In this document: piece after piece, positions 1 to 9,038 of the stretch | How the letters are laid out: every line of letters starts with the position of its first letter | Position numbering within the stretch: the first letter of the stretch is position 1 | Sequence record: SRR31156797_3141 | Length of the DNA stretch: 38,946 nt | Direction: 5' to 3' (one strand) | Notes under the pieces: generated by a model | What the model saw: the letters and a program-made list of their open reading frames with translations, nothing else | Told to the model about the DNA's origin: nothing | Databases searched by the model: none | Program-made: the position numbers and the translations under genes

Positions 1-1
1 T

Positions 2-331
2 GAATTTGTTCAACCCACCGAAATGCAGGCCGATGCTTTTTGGCAGCTGTATGATGAGTACGAAACCAAACGCAAGGAACTTGGCCTAAAACGTATCGAG
101 CTGCTAAACCAGTATGCTGAAAAGTATATGACCATGACCAACGAAGAAGCTGATGAGTGGACTAACGCAGTAATGAAGTTATCCGCTTCAACCGACAAAC
201 TGATTAAAACGTATTACAAAAAGATTAAAAAGGTGACTAATCCTATTGTAGCTACCCAGTTTTATCAGGTAGAGGTTTATATTCTCACCGGCATAAGAAT
301 GGAAGTTCTGGATGAGGTTCCGTTCCTGTAA
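2..331 (+). CDS. Hypothetical helical protein, 5'-truncated by the window edge
   Basis: The frame is open from base 2 (EFVQPTEMQADAFWQLYDEYE...) to TAA at 331 and is followed by a terminator-like hairpin. Confidence 0.75.
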   Translation, partial: EFVQPTEMQADAFWQLYDEYETKRKELGLKRIELLNQYAEKYMTMTNEEADEWTNAVMKLSASTDKLIKTYYKKIKKVTNPIVATQFYQVEVYILTGIRMEVLDEVPFL

Positions 332-357
332 AACGAGATGCGAGGATTTGAAAAGAA

Positions 358-409
358 AGCCAGTGAGCAGGCCGCCAGGATTACCAGAGGCCGGCTCACT
401 GGCTGTTTT
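358..409 (+). terminator. Probable Rho-independent terminator
   Basis: agccagtgagc (358-368) pairs with gctcactggct (394-404), with an inner ggcc/ggcc pair, followed by gtttt. Confidence 0.55.
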
Positions 410-502
410 CGTGTGTAGCGCATCTTTTGAAATATATGGATATAACTGGATTTAGTATATTTGAAGCAGGGATAGTACTAATTTCAAATACTATAGCTCA
501 CC

Positions 503-1021
503 ATGAAAAAAGAAAATAATGACAAAAGCCTGAAACAAAAGTTAGGCAAAGAGTTAAAAGAATACCTGATCAATGCCTCCTACCTTGCGGTTTATTTTGC
601 TATGTTTGCGGTATACCGCAGGCTGGTGCTGGAACAATACGGAATTCAGCTTGATGATTATGGTATCAGTGTTATTAAGGCACTTATTCTTGCCAAAGTG
701 ATTATGATCGCTTCCTTTTTGAAAGTTGGCCAAAGGTTCGAAGGTCAACCACTCATTTATGTGGCGCTAATCAAAGTTGCACTATTCACTTTTATTGTTG
801 CGGTATTTGATTTACTGGAAGCATCAGTGCGGGCCTTGATCGAGGCTGAACCACAAGAATTTACAACGCATATTGCGCATCATTTCAATTTCATTTGGCT
901 GGGCGGGTTACTCGTTGTATTTTTCACCTTTATTCCCTTCTTTGCGTTAAAGGAGGTGAACCGGTTGATGGGTGACGATTATGTAAGAAAGCTGTTGTTT
1001 AAAAAACATCCTCAGGTGTAA
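503..1021 (+). CDS. Hypothetical membrane protein (about 4 TM helices)
   Basis: 172-aa ORF with four hydrophobic stretches; TATATTTG promoter element at 456-463. Confidence 0.8.
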   Translation: MKKENNDKSLKQKLGKELKEYLINASYLAVYFAMFAVYRRLVLEQYGIQLDDYGISVIKALILAKVIMIASFLKVGQRFEGQPLIYVALIKVALFTFIVAVFDLLEASVRALIEAEPQEFTTHIAHHFNFIWLGGLLVVFFTFIPFFALKEVNRLMGDDYVRKLLFKKHPQV

Positions 1022-1255
1022 AATCGCCGATCGTTGCCACAAAGCCCACGCCTCTTTGCCAGAACAGCACAAATGTCACTCCGAAGGTGCTTGCAACTAA
1101 GCGGCCTGTTCTATGATGATAAAAGACTGTTCAAAGAATTTTTGATTTATAACGAAGTGAGGTATCTGTTCATTACGCGGCAAAAGGCCTGCGATGTTTC
1201 GCGAAAAACAACGGAAAGTAGTTTTCTGAAAATGGGTCCTTCTACTCAGGATTCT

Positions 1256-2626
1256 TTATACACCACCAAGATTGGACAGTGCAAGTGAAGCAAAGCTTAA
1301 GGCCAGGAAAAAACCAAACATATCAGTCACTGTAGTAAGTATGGGCCCCGATGCTAAAGCAGGATCGATATTGAATTTTTTCAGGATGAGCGGAATTGTT
1401 CCACCCAGCGAAACTGCCACAACAGTGTTAACAGCCAGTGCTCCGCCGACCACCAAACCAAGGTATATGTTGCTTTTCCACAAGTAAGCGGCAAAACCAA
1501 TGAGCAACCCAAGCACCAAACCATTTATTAACCCAACCGAAATTTCCTGCAACCACACTCTTATTACTTCTGTTGGCCTTACCATACCCAGCGAAAGTTC
1601 GCGCATACTCACTGCAACAGCCTGATTTCCTGAACACCCACTCATATCAGAAATGATGGGCAGAAATACCGCAAGTGCGATAACCGCCTGCAATGTATCC
1701 TGGTAAAAGGCAATCACACTGGCAGCAACAATATTCAGCAGTATATTTACCGATAACCAGGACAAACGACGTTTGGAACGCAGTAAAACCGGTGATGCCC
1801 TATATTCATCTCCACCAACAATACCCTGTGTTTCCAGGTGCTCAAATGTTTCTTGTTCATTAACGGCTTCAACAACACTTTTTCGTTGCAGCACCCCTAT
1901 CAGTTTATTACGATCATCAAGCACCGGAAGCCCGTAAAAATCGTATGTGTCGAACAGTTCGCTAATCTCCTTGAGTGGAGCATTAACATTGACAGTCATA
2001 ACATCTTTTACCACGATTTCCGAGAGTGTTTGACCGGGCATCGAAAGCAATAAATCCTGCATCTGTAAAACCCCGACAAACCGACTCTCTTTCGAAATAA
2101 CGTAAATGTATCTTACGGGATAGTATTTGTAATCTTCAGCATTCTTTCTAAAATCCTGAACCACTTTATTAATTGTCGTAGATTCATCATAACAAAAGAA
2201 TTCGGTAATCATTAAACCACCGGCAGTATCATCGTCATAATTGATCAGTTGTCTGGCGTCTGCGGCTTCCGATGGATCCATTTCAACCAGTATGGCCTCC
2301 AGATCTTTTTTATCTAATTCCCTGATCAGATCTGCACGATCATCACTCATCAGCTCGTTGATGATGGCTGCTGCTTCGCCGGAATTCATGTCTTCGATAA
2401 TATCAGCAGCCATGATATCGGGCAACTCATCTAAAACATCTGCAGCATCCTCCGGATCAAGCAAAGTCATTAATTGCTGTTGCTCCCGTTTGCTCAAACG
2501 GCTCATTAAATACACCACCTCACTTGCTGCAAGGGTATCAAGAAACTGTGTCAATGCTATCCGGTCGTCTGATTCAAGTAATAACCGGACATTCGCAACC
2601 GATACAATGCTTTCGTTTATATTCAT
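1256..2626 (-). CDS. mgtE: Magnesium transporter MgtE
   Basis: Acidic N-domain, CBS pair (AGGLMITE, LPVLDD), TM domain with RLSWL, PIISDMSGCSGNQ and DPALASGPILTTVTD. Confidence 0.95.
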   Translation of the reverse strand: MNINESIVSVANVRLLLESDDRIALTQFLDTLAASEVVYLMSRLSKREQQQLMTLLDPEDAADVLDELPDIMAADIIEDMNSGEAAAIINELMSDDRADLIRELDKKDLEAILVEMDPSEAADARQLINYDDDTAGGLMITEFFCYDESTTINKVVQDFRKNAEDYKYYPVRYIYVISKESRFVGVLQMQDLLLSMPGQTLSEIVVKDVMTVNVNAPLKEISELFDTYDFYGLPVLDDRNKLIGVLQRKSVVEAVNEQETFEHLETQGIVGGDEYRASPVLLRSKRRLSWLSVNILLNIVAASVIAFYQDTLQAVIALAVFLPIISDMSGCSGNQAVAVSMRELSLGMVRPTEVIRVWLQEISVGLINGLVLGLLIGFAAYLWKSNIYLGLVVGGALAVNTVVAVSLGGTIPLILKKFNIDPALASGPILTTVTDMFGFFLALSFASLALSNLGGV

Positions 2627-2736
2627 GATAAATATGATTTACAGATAAGCGTGAACCAAATTGGTAAATTTTTGCATCTGCTGAAGTATAGCAGTACATT
2701 AATTTTTTGCAAAATATGAAAACTATGAGAAAGGAG

Positions 2737-4989
2737 TTATTTCAATTTCTCCTGCCAGAATTCAACTTGTTGCCTGTTACCTGTTTTGGAATAGAAATCT
2801 ACCAAAGCATAAATGAAGTTTTGGTTTTCGGGTTCCAGTTCAACAGCATTTAACAGGTTTTGCTCTGCCTTTTCAGGTTGATTGATGTACTGGTAAATTA
2901 AACCCAGGTTGTAGAAAACCCTGCTTCTTTCCGGCATACGTTCACCAGCTATCTCAAGTATTTCGGCTGATTCGGGCAACTTATTCATTTCGGCAAGCAG
3001 CAGGCCCAGCGAGTAGTATACCTCAGATTGGTCCGGATGATCGCGGATGACTTCCCGGAACAGCTTTTCTGCCTTCTGGTTCTCAGCCTTTGCATTATAA
3101 ACCATAGCGAGATTGATTTTTGCCGGGTAAAACCGGTTATCCATCTCAACGGTTTTCTTATAGTATTTTTCGGCTTCAGCAGCATTGCCTTTTCTGGAAT
3201 ACAGGTTGGCCAGATTAAAGCTGCCTGTTGGGAAATCAGCCATATATTCCATGGATTGCTCATATTCTGCCAGGGCTTCATCATATACTTTGACCCATGC
3301 GGTATCGAAGGTTTCTGGAGGCAATTGCGAAAGTTGCAGAGCGGCTTCCGCTCTCACGGCCTTCACTGGGTCCGTTAACATTGGCACAAACGCCGATTTA
3401 AACTCCTCAATGGTCTGGGGGTGAAGGTTTCGCACTGCATAGTGGCGGATAATCGGATCCTCGTCAGTCAGGCGCAATTTCAACGTATTGAAAGCTTTTT
3501 CATCAGGATAGTTGCCCAGCAGAGCCAGCGCAGTAGCGCGCACCATTACCGGGTACAAATCCACCGAAGCATTGGCAATGGCAATCAGTCCGTCTAGGGC
3601 TGCAGGATCGGTATTCTCGCCGGCGGCAATGGTAGTTCCGTAATGTGCAAGACGGCTTTTGCCGTACCATTCGGTGATGTAACTCTCTGACCATTCGGCA
3701 GATTTATCCGTGTGGCAGCTGTTGCAGGCATTGGGCACACCCAGACTGATAGTCAGGTCAGGCCGTGGAATTCTGAAACTGTGGTCACGTCGGTAATCCA
3801 CGCCCATGTAATATCCTCCGTCCATATGGCAATTAATACAAAGTGCTCCCTCGCCTTCCAGGTTGTACATCTGGCGGTGGTTGCCTTCCTGGAGCTCAGG
3901 ATTGTCTTTGATTTTATGAAAGTGATGATTGTATGTGTCGTATTCTTCTGGGCGGTGGCATTGCAGGCAAAGATCGTTCCCGGTCTTCACCAGTTTGAGG
4001 CTGTGTACATCATGGCAATCGTTGCATTTTACGTCCTGCATAAACATTTTACTTTGCAGGAATGACCCATACACATAGTCCTCCTCCAGTATTTGCCCAT
4101 CAGAATAATAGTAGGGTTCACCAGTGAGCTGTGGAATATAGTGATCAAGTAGGTGACTGCTGAAGTGGTCAAAATCACCCAGTGCCGAACGGCGCAGGTG
4201 GCAGCGGGCACAAAGGTCGGCATAAGCGCGGGTGCCCAGATCGCGGGTGTTGACAACCAGGGCAGTGTTATTATCCAGCGGACGGGCCATCTCGGGAAGC
4301 TTTGCCCAATCCAGGTGTGCTGAGCCCGGCCCGTGGCACGATTCACAATTCACGTCAATATCCGACCAGGTGGTTTGGTAGGATTCCGTTTTCAGATCGT
4401 AGTTTTTTTGCAGATGCGTTGAATGACAATCAGCACACATGCCATTCCAGTTTTGGGCCTGGTTGGTCCAGTAAAGCCAGTTATCCGAATCAACTTCTTC
4501 ATCAGGGTAAACAGCTTCCGACATGTCGTACCATTTGTTATCCCGCGAATCCCAGGTCATGTGCAGGGTTTGCATTTTGCCGTTTTCGAACGGGATGAGG
4601 TATTGCTGCAAAGGCCACCAGCCAAAGGTGTGCGTAATTTCAAACTCTTTGAAAATGCCTCCGGGGCCGTTGGTAAAAACAAAGTACCTGTCATCTTTTT
4701 TGTAAAACCTGCTGGTATCGCCTATTCTTGAAACAAAGAAGCCATCATCAAAATCTCCCAGGACGGATTCTTTGGTGGCGATATCCATGGCCAGGTCATG
4801 ATCGGAATGTTTCCACAGGTCATGCTCAATTTTGTGGCATTCGATGCATGTTTCGCCGCCCACGAAATGGGGTTTGGCCGTAACAGCGCCTTCTCCAGGA
4901 TCTGAATCCTGGAATTTCATCCACTGCGCCGGAAAAACCAGCACGATGACCAGTGTTGCGATAAACCCTATGATGCGATAGTTTTTGAT
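2737..4989 (-). CDS. Octaheme c-type cytochrome with C-terminal HEAT and TPR repeats, N-terminally anchored
   Basis: Eight CxxCH motifs (CIECH, CADCH, CESCH, CARCH, CNDCH, CLQCH, CINCH, CNSCH), then HEAT-like (DEDPIIRHYAV, DPVKAVRAEAA) and TPR repeats. The ORF track starts at GTG 4944, but the frame stays open to ATC 4989, adding IKNYRIIGFIATLVI. Confidence 0.9.
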   Translation of the reverse strand: MKNYRIIGFIATLVIVLVFPAQWMKFQDSDPGEGAVTAKPHFVGGETCIECHKIEHDLWKHSDHDLAMDIATKESVLGDFDDGFFVSRIGDTSRFYKKDDRYFVFTNGPGGIFKEFEITHTFGWWPLQQYLIPFENGKMQTLHMTWDSRDNKWYDMSEAVYPDEEVDSDNWLYWTNQAQNWNGMCADCHSTHLQKNYDLKTESYQTTWSDIDVNCESCHGPGSAHLDWAKLPEMARPLDNNTALVVNTRDLGTRAYADLCARCHLRRSALGDFDHFSSHLLDHYIPQLTGEPYYYSDGQILEEDYVYGSFLQSKMFMQDVKCNDCHDVHSLKLVKTGNDLCLQCHRPEEYDTYNHHFHKIKDNPELQEGNHRQMYNLEGEGALCINCHMDGGYYMGVDYRRDHSFRIPRPDLTISLGVPNACNSCHTDKSAEWSESYITEWYGKSRLAHYGTTIAAGENTDPAALDGLIAIANASVDLYPVMVRATALALLGNYPDEKAFNTLKLRLTDEDPIIRHYAVRNLHPQTIEEFKSAFVPMLTDPVKAVRAEAALQLSQLPPETFDTAWVKVYDEALAEYEQSMEYMADFPTGSFNLANLYSRKGNAAEAEKYYKKTVEMDNRFYPAKINLAMVYNAKAENQKAEKLFREVIRDHPDQSEVYYSLGLLLAEMNKLPESAEILEIAGERMPERSRVFYNLGLIYQYINQPEKAEQNLLNAVELEPENQNFIYALVDFYSKTGNRQQVEFWQEKLK

Positions 4990-5008
4990 GGTTTAGTTTT
5001 ATTTTTTC

Positions 5009-5040
5009 ACGTTGATACGCACGGCCGTGCGTATTTACGT
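5009..5040. repeat. REP-like palindrome
   Basis: Perfect 20-bp palindrome atacgcacggccgtgcgtat (5015-5034), flanked by acgt on both sides, between the Rieske and octaheme genes. Confidence 0.7.
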
Positions 5041-5070
5041 GATGTTTCCTTTATTTTATGTTCTGTTTTG

Positions 5071-5580
5071 TTATGTTCCATACACCGCCTGCCCCTTCTC
5101 AAACCTGTCCCGTTTCATGGGCCTTCCGGTATCCACCTTCACCACACCATTTTCTACGATCACCGGGAAATAATCCAGGGCCCGAGGTGCCGGAGGGTTG
5201 ATTACATTTCCGGTGATATCAAACTGTGAGGCATGACAGGGGCAGATGAATTTTCCTTCGGCAGCATCCCAGTTTACCGAGCAGGCCAGATGTGAACATT
5301 TCAGCGAAAGCGCCAGCAATCCGCCATCCTCCAGCCTTACCAGGTAAAACTGCCCGCTTCGCACAGGGGTTACCGATCCTTTGGTAATCTGGTTGAGGTT
5401 TCCAACGGTTTTTAAGCTGGTAATCTGTCCCTGAGATTTTCTTTCTGACGGCGAAAAAAATGAAGAAAACACCCAGGCCAGTTCCAGCCCTGCAACAGCA
5501 CCCAAACCTACCCACAGTTTCTTAATGAAGCCACGGCGGGGTTCCGTCTTTTGGGTTTTATGTTCGTTCTGTTTTTGCAT
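5071..5580 (-). CDS. qcrA: Rieske [2Fe-2S] subunit of a Rieske/cytochrome b complex (QcrA/PetC-like)
   Basis: Twin-arginine motif RRGFIKK followed by a TM helix; box I CSHLAC, box II CPCHASQF; C-terminal PPAPRAL. Confidence 0.92.
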   Translation of the reverse strand: MQKQNEHKTQKTEPRRGFIKKLWVGLGAVAGLELAWVFSSFFSPSERKSQGQITSLKTVGNLNQITKGSVTPVRSGQFYLVRLEDGGLLALSLKCSHLACSVNWDAAEGKFICPCHASQFDITGNVINPPAPRALDYFPVIVENGVVKVDTGRPMKRDRFEKGQAVYGT

Positions 5581-5582
5581 GT

Positions 5583-6896
5583 TTAAAAAATCAGTTTCAT
5601 CCCTTCACCCCTGAAAAATGTCCCAACAAGCATCAAAATGATATATGCCGTTGAAAATAAAATGAATAACGCCAGCACCAAATCGATGCGCTGGCTGCTG
5701 AATTTTTTCTTTATGAAAAATACAAATCCATATGTCATGCCTGAGAGGACCACCAAAGGAATTAAACCTTCACCAATCCATGCCGGCAATATTTTTTCGT
5801 TTTGCTGAAAATGCAAAACATATTCATCCAGTAAAATCAATAAAATAGTTATCACAAAGCCGGTAATTGACGACCAGAAAATGATGGGTTTAAAAGTTGT
5901 CATTGTAAAGTCCCGGTGATCCTCGTTTTTCTGAAATTTCAGAAATGGAAAGCATGTAAATCCAATCAATAAAATCAACGGGATAATAAATACGGCAAAA
6001 GTAGGGTGAAAATGCAGCAACAATTCCTGAAAACCCTGGAAATACCACGGCGATTTTGCGGGGTTGGGGCTGAATGCCGGGTTGGCTTTTTCCTGCAGGG
6101 GTGCATCCAGCGCCAGGCTGAAAACAAGGATAAACGCGATAAGGGCCAGTGCGGTTGCCATTTCACGATTCACCAGGTTGGGAAATGAATCGGTTAACTT
6201 CATTTCAGATTTATCAACTTTCCGTGGAAGAATGACACCTCCATTTTTCCTCACTTTATAAAAATGCCACACCAGCAAAATCGTAAGTAATCCGGGGATT
6301 ACCGCAGTGTGAAAGGTATAAAAAATAGTCAGAGTTTCTGTGCCAACATCAGAACCACCACGCAAAGCTGTTTTCAAGCCTTCACCGATTAGCGGGACAT
6401 ATTCCAGCATGCTTGTGTTCACCGTTACCGCCCAATACGAGAGTTGATCCCAGGGCAACAGGTAGCCGGTGAAGTTGATAAAGATCACACCGAGAAATAA
6501 GCCAATGCCGATCACCCAGTTCCAGTGGCGGGGCGGGAGGAAAGCGCCTGTTAAAAATACCCGCAACAGGTGCAAGAAGGAAATGATAATAAGAAAAATC
6601 CCGGACCAGTGGTGGACGTTACGGATTAGCTGCCCGAAGATGATGCTGTTTTGCATGAACAGGATTGAATCGTAGGCGCCCCCCGGTGAGGGATCGTAAT
6701 GAAACAGCAGCAATATCCCGGTAATTACCTGTAAAAGTATCACTGTAAGTGCCATCCCGCCTAACCCAAATGTATGTGCAAAAGCCAGATTGGCTTCTGG
6801 TATCCTTAGTGGATGAATGGCCGTGAACAGGTTTTGTGTTCTTCTTTTTGGAAGCGGGCTGGTATTTGTTTTATCTTTTGACAAGTCTGGTTTCAA
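5583..6896 (-). CDS. qcrB: Cytochrome b (b6 plus subunit IV-like fusion; QcrB/PetB-like)
   Basis: GLGG, ITGILL, RNVHHW, LHLLRVF, FTGYLLPWDQLSYWA and FHT...WHF give four heme-b His. The Qo-loop region reads NPAKSPWYF. TTG start. Confidence 0.92.
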   Translation of the reverse strand: MKPDLSKDKTNTSPLPKRRTQNLFTAIHPLRIPEANLAFAHTFGLGGMALTVILLQVITGILLLFHYDPSPGGAYDSILFMQNSIIFGQLIRNVHHWSGIFLIIISFLHLLRVFLTGAFLPPRHWNWVIGIGLFLGVIFINFTGYLLPWDQLSYWAVTVNTSMLEYVPLIGEGLKTALRGGSDVGTETLTIFYTFHTAVIPGLLTILLVWHFYKVRKNGGVILPRKVDKSEMKLTDSFPNLVNREMATALALIAFILVFSLALDAPLQEKANPAFSPNPAKSPWYFQGFQELLLHFHPTFAVFIIPLILLIGFTCFPFLKFQKNEDHRDFTMTTFKPIIFWSSITGFVITILLILLDEYVLHFQQNEKILPAWIGEGLIPLVVLSGMTYGFVFFIKKKFSSQRIDLVLALFILFSTAYIILMLVGTFFRGEGMKLIF

Positions 6897-6959
6897 TCAG
6901 GTATTGTGAGGTAAAAATACCTTTTCTTAACTGAAACCCTTGAAAGTTACAAGATATCA

Positions 6960-6988
6960 GGTTAATTTGAAACCAGTTTAAATTAACC
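6960..6988. promoter_or_regulatory. Imperfect palindrome upstream of the cytochrome b cluster (possible operator)
   Basis: ggttaatttgaaac-ca-gtttaaattaacc, about 65-90 nt upstream of the qcrB start and next to a TAACTTTC -7-like element on the minus strand. Confidence 0.35.
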
Positions 6989-7103
6989 GGAATCCTTTGA
7001 TATTATACATGTTGGTTCTGGGTTTTAATTGAAACAAAGGATATCTGCAATTTATGTAATTCAACGAGCTATTTAAATTCAAATGCAAACATGGTTGAGA
7101 TAA

Positions 7104-9038
7104 TCAGGATTTATCCGGTTTATCTGTAACGTCTTCATTAGATTGTGCATAAATTTCCTGAATCTCCTCGCGCAACGTGGTGTCATCCCAGGCCATATCC
7201 GATTCATGGATCGAGTCTTCACGCTCAGCAGAAAATATTTGCTGGAGATCCTGCGAAAACCTCCGGGCCTTTTGAATATAAGTTTTGTCCTCGGCTTTCC
7301 ACAATTTAAACATTTCATCCATAATTTGTTCGTCGTGAAACTTAAACCTTTGCATGGCCCTGTATGACTGGTAGTGGTTAAATCCCAATTCGCACACTGC
7401 TTTTGATACCAAATCCAGAGAAGCGTCATAGGTTTCACGGCGATAATAATCCACATTTTTATCCTTGAGTGCAAACATGTGCCAGACATCATGAGCCCGT
7501 GCGAAAATCTTCACATGCGGATGGTGTTTTTTCACGTAATCCACAATTTCAAGATTCTTCTCCTGTTCATCAATAGCGATAATAATGAGTTTTGCATTGG
7601 CAATGCCGGCTGACTCCAGCAAATCGTGGCGCGATGTGTCGCCATAATAAACTTTATGGCCAAATTTGCGGAGTATTTCTACATTTTCGGGATTATTATC
7701 GAGGATAGTTGCATTAATTCCTGAAATCTTTAAGAAACGCCCGATTATCACGCCAAACCTGCCAAAACCGGCAAGGATAACAGGGTTCTCATTTTCTTCA
7801 ATCTCATCTTCCTCCAATTCATTGGCAGCATTTTCCATCATTGGCTGGAAAACTTTTTCGTTGAGTAGCAAGAGGAGTGGAGTAATGGCCATTGATAGTG
7901 CAACAACGATCAGCAGAATACCTGCAATTTCATCGTCATAAATGGCATTTTGACGGGAGAATGAAATCAACACAAATGCAAATTCCCCCGCCTGGGCCAG
8001 CGAAAAAGAGAACAGCAATTCCTGTCCGGATTTCAGTCCAAAGGCTTTTCCAAGCCCGAAGAGTATTCCAAATTTGATCACCACAAGCAGTCCGAGCAAC
8101 CCCAAAATCAGCCAGGTACTATCGAAAAGCACATTAAAATCGATGCCGGCACCCACAGCAATAAAGAACAATCCCAGCAGCAAACCTTTAAACGGTTCGA
8201 TATCAGCTTCCAGTTCATGGCGGTATTCGTTGTCGGCAAGCACAACGCCGGCCAGGAATGTTCCAAGTGCCGGAGAGAGTCCAACTGCATTCATAGCAAC
8301 TGCAATGGCTACGACCAGCAGCAGGGCAGAAGCCGTGAAAATCTCACGCATACCGGTGCTGGCAATCATCCTGAAGAAATGTCGGGCCAGGAACCGGCCG
8401 ATAAAAATAATGGCGGCCACTATGCCAATTATAACCAGTAATTGCAGCCAGCCGGCCAGGGCTGCAACTCCGGTTTCATGATATCCATCAGCGTTGTTGA
8501 TGTCGTGAGCAACTTCAGCAGCCAGAAGTGGTAAAATGGCCAGGATGGGGATTACGGCAATATCCTGGAAAAGTAAAACGGTAAAACTCGATTCTCCACC
8601 TCTGGATTTGAGCAACCCTTTCTCTGCCAGCGATTGCAGCACGATAGCCGTGGATGAAAGCGCCAATGTTAAGCCAATTGTGACCGATTGGGAGAGGTTC
8701 AGTCCAAAAGCCAGCAGGGATATGCCTCCGATTATGATCGCTGTCAGCACAACCTGTAAGCCACCCAACCCGAAAATCATCCGCCTGAGTTTCCAAAGCA
8801 GCGAAGGTTTCAACTCCAGGCCAATAAGGAACAACATCATCACCACACCAAATTCTGCAAAGTGCATCACATCGGCGCCTTCCTCGCCAACCCAGCCTAA
8901 AACAAATGGCCCGATTATGATCCCTGCAAGTAAATATCCCAAGACTGATCCCAGCCCCAGTCTTTTGGCAATGGGCACCGAAACCACAGCAGCCAACAGA
9001 TAGATCGTGGCCTGAAAGAAAAATCCGTCGTTATGCAT
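7104..9038 (-). CDS. kefB: CPA2 K+/H+ antiporter with KTN domain (KefB/KefC family)
   Basis: AEFGVVMMLFLIGLEL, LLFQDIAVIP, regulatory loop HELEADIEPFKGLLLGLFF, KTN Rossmann motif GFGRFG. Confidence 0.9.
   Translation of the reverse strand: MHNDGFFFQATIYLLAAVVSVPIAKRLGLGSVLGYLLAGIIIGPFVLGWVGEEGADVMHFAEFGVVMMLFLIGLELKPSLLWKLRRMIFGLGGLQVVLTAIIIGGISLLAFGLNLSQSVTIGLTLALSSTAIVLQSLAEKGLLKSRGGESSFTVLLFQDIAVIPILAILPLLAAEVAHDINNADGYHETGVAALAGWLQLLVIIGIVAAIIFIGRFLARHFFRMIASTGMREIFTASALLLVVAIAVAMNAVGLSPALGTFLAGVVLADNEYRHELEADIEPFKGLLLGLFFIAVGAGIDFNVLFDSTWLILGLLGLLVVIKFGILFGLGKAFGLKSGQELLFSFSLAQAGEFAFVLISFSRQNAIYDDEIAGILLIVVALSMAITPLLLLLNEKVFQPMMENAANELEEDEIEENENPVILAGFGRFGVIIGRFLKISGINATILDNNPENVEILRKFGHKVYYGDTSRHDLLESAGIANAKLIIIAIDEQEKNLEIVDYVKKHHPHVKIFARAHDVWHMFALKDKNVDYYRRETYDASLDLVSKAVCELGFNHYQSYRAMQRFKFHDEQIMDEMFKLWKAEDKTYIQKARRFSQDLQQIFSAEREDSIHESDMAWDDTTLREEIQEIYAQSNEDVTDKPDKS

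Noticed and set aside
1034-1288. 84-aa ORF between the membrane protein gene and mgtE
   Set aside because: TTG start, no recognisable motif, and it overlaps the convergent mgtE end. Probably spurious.
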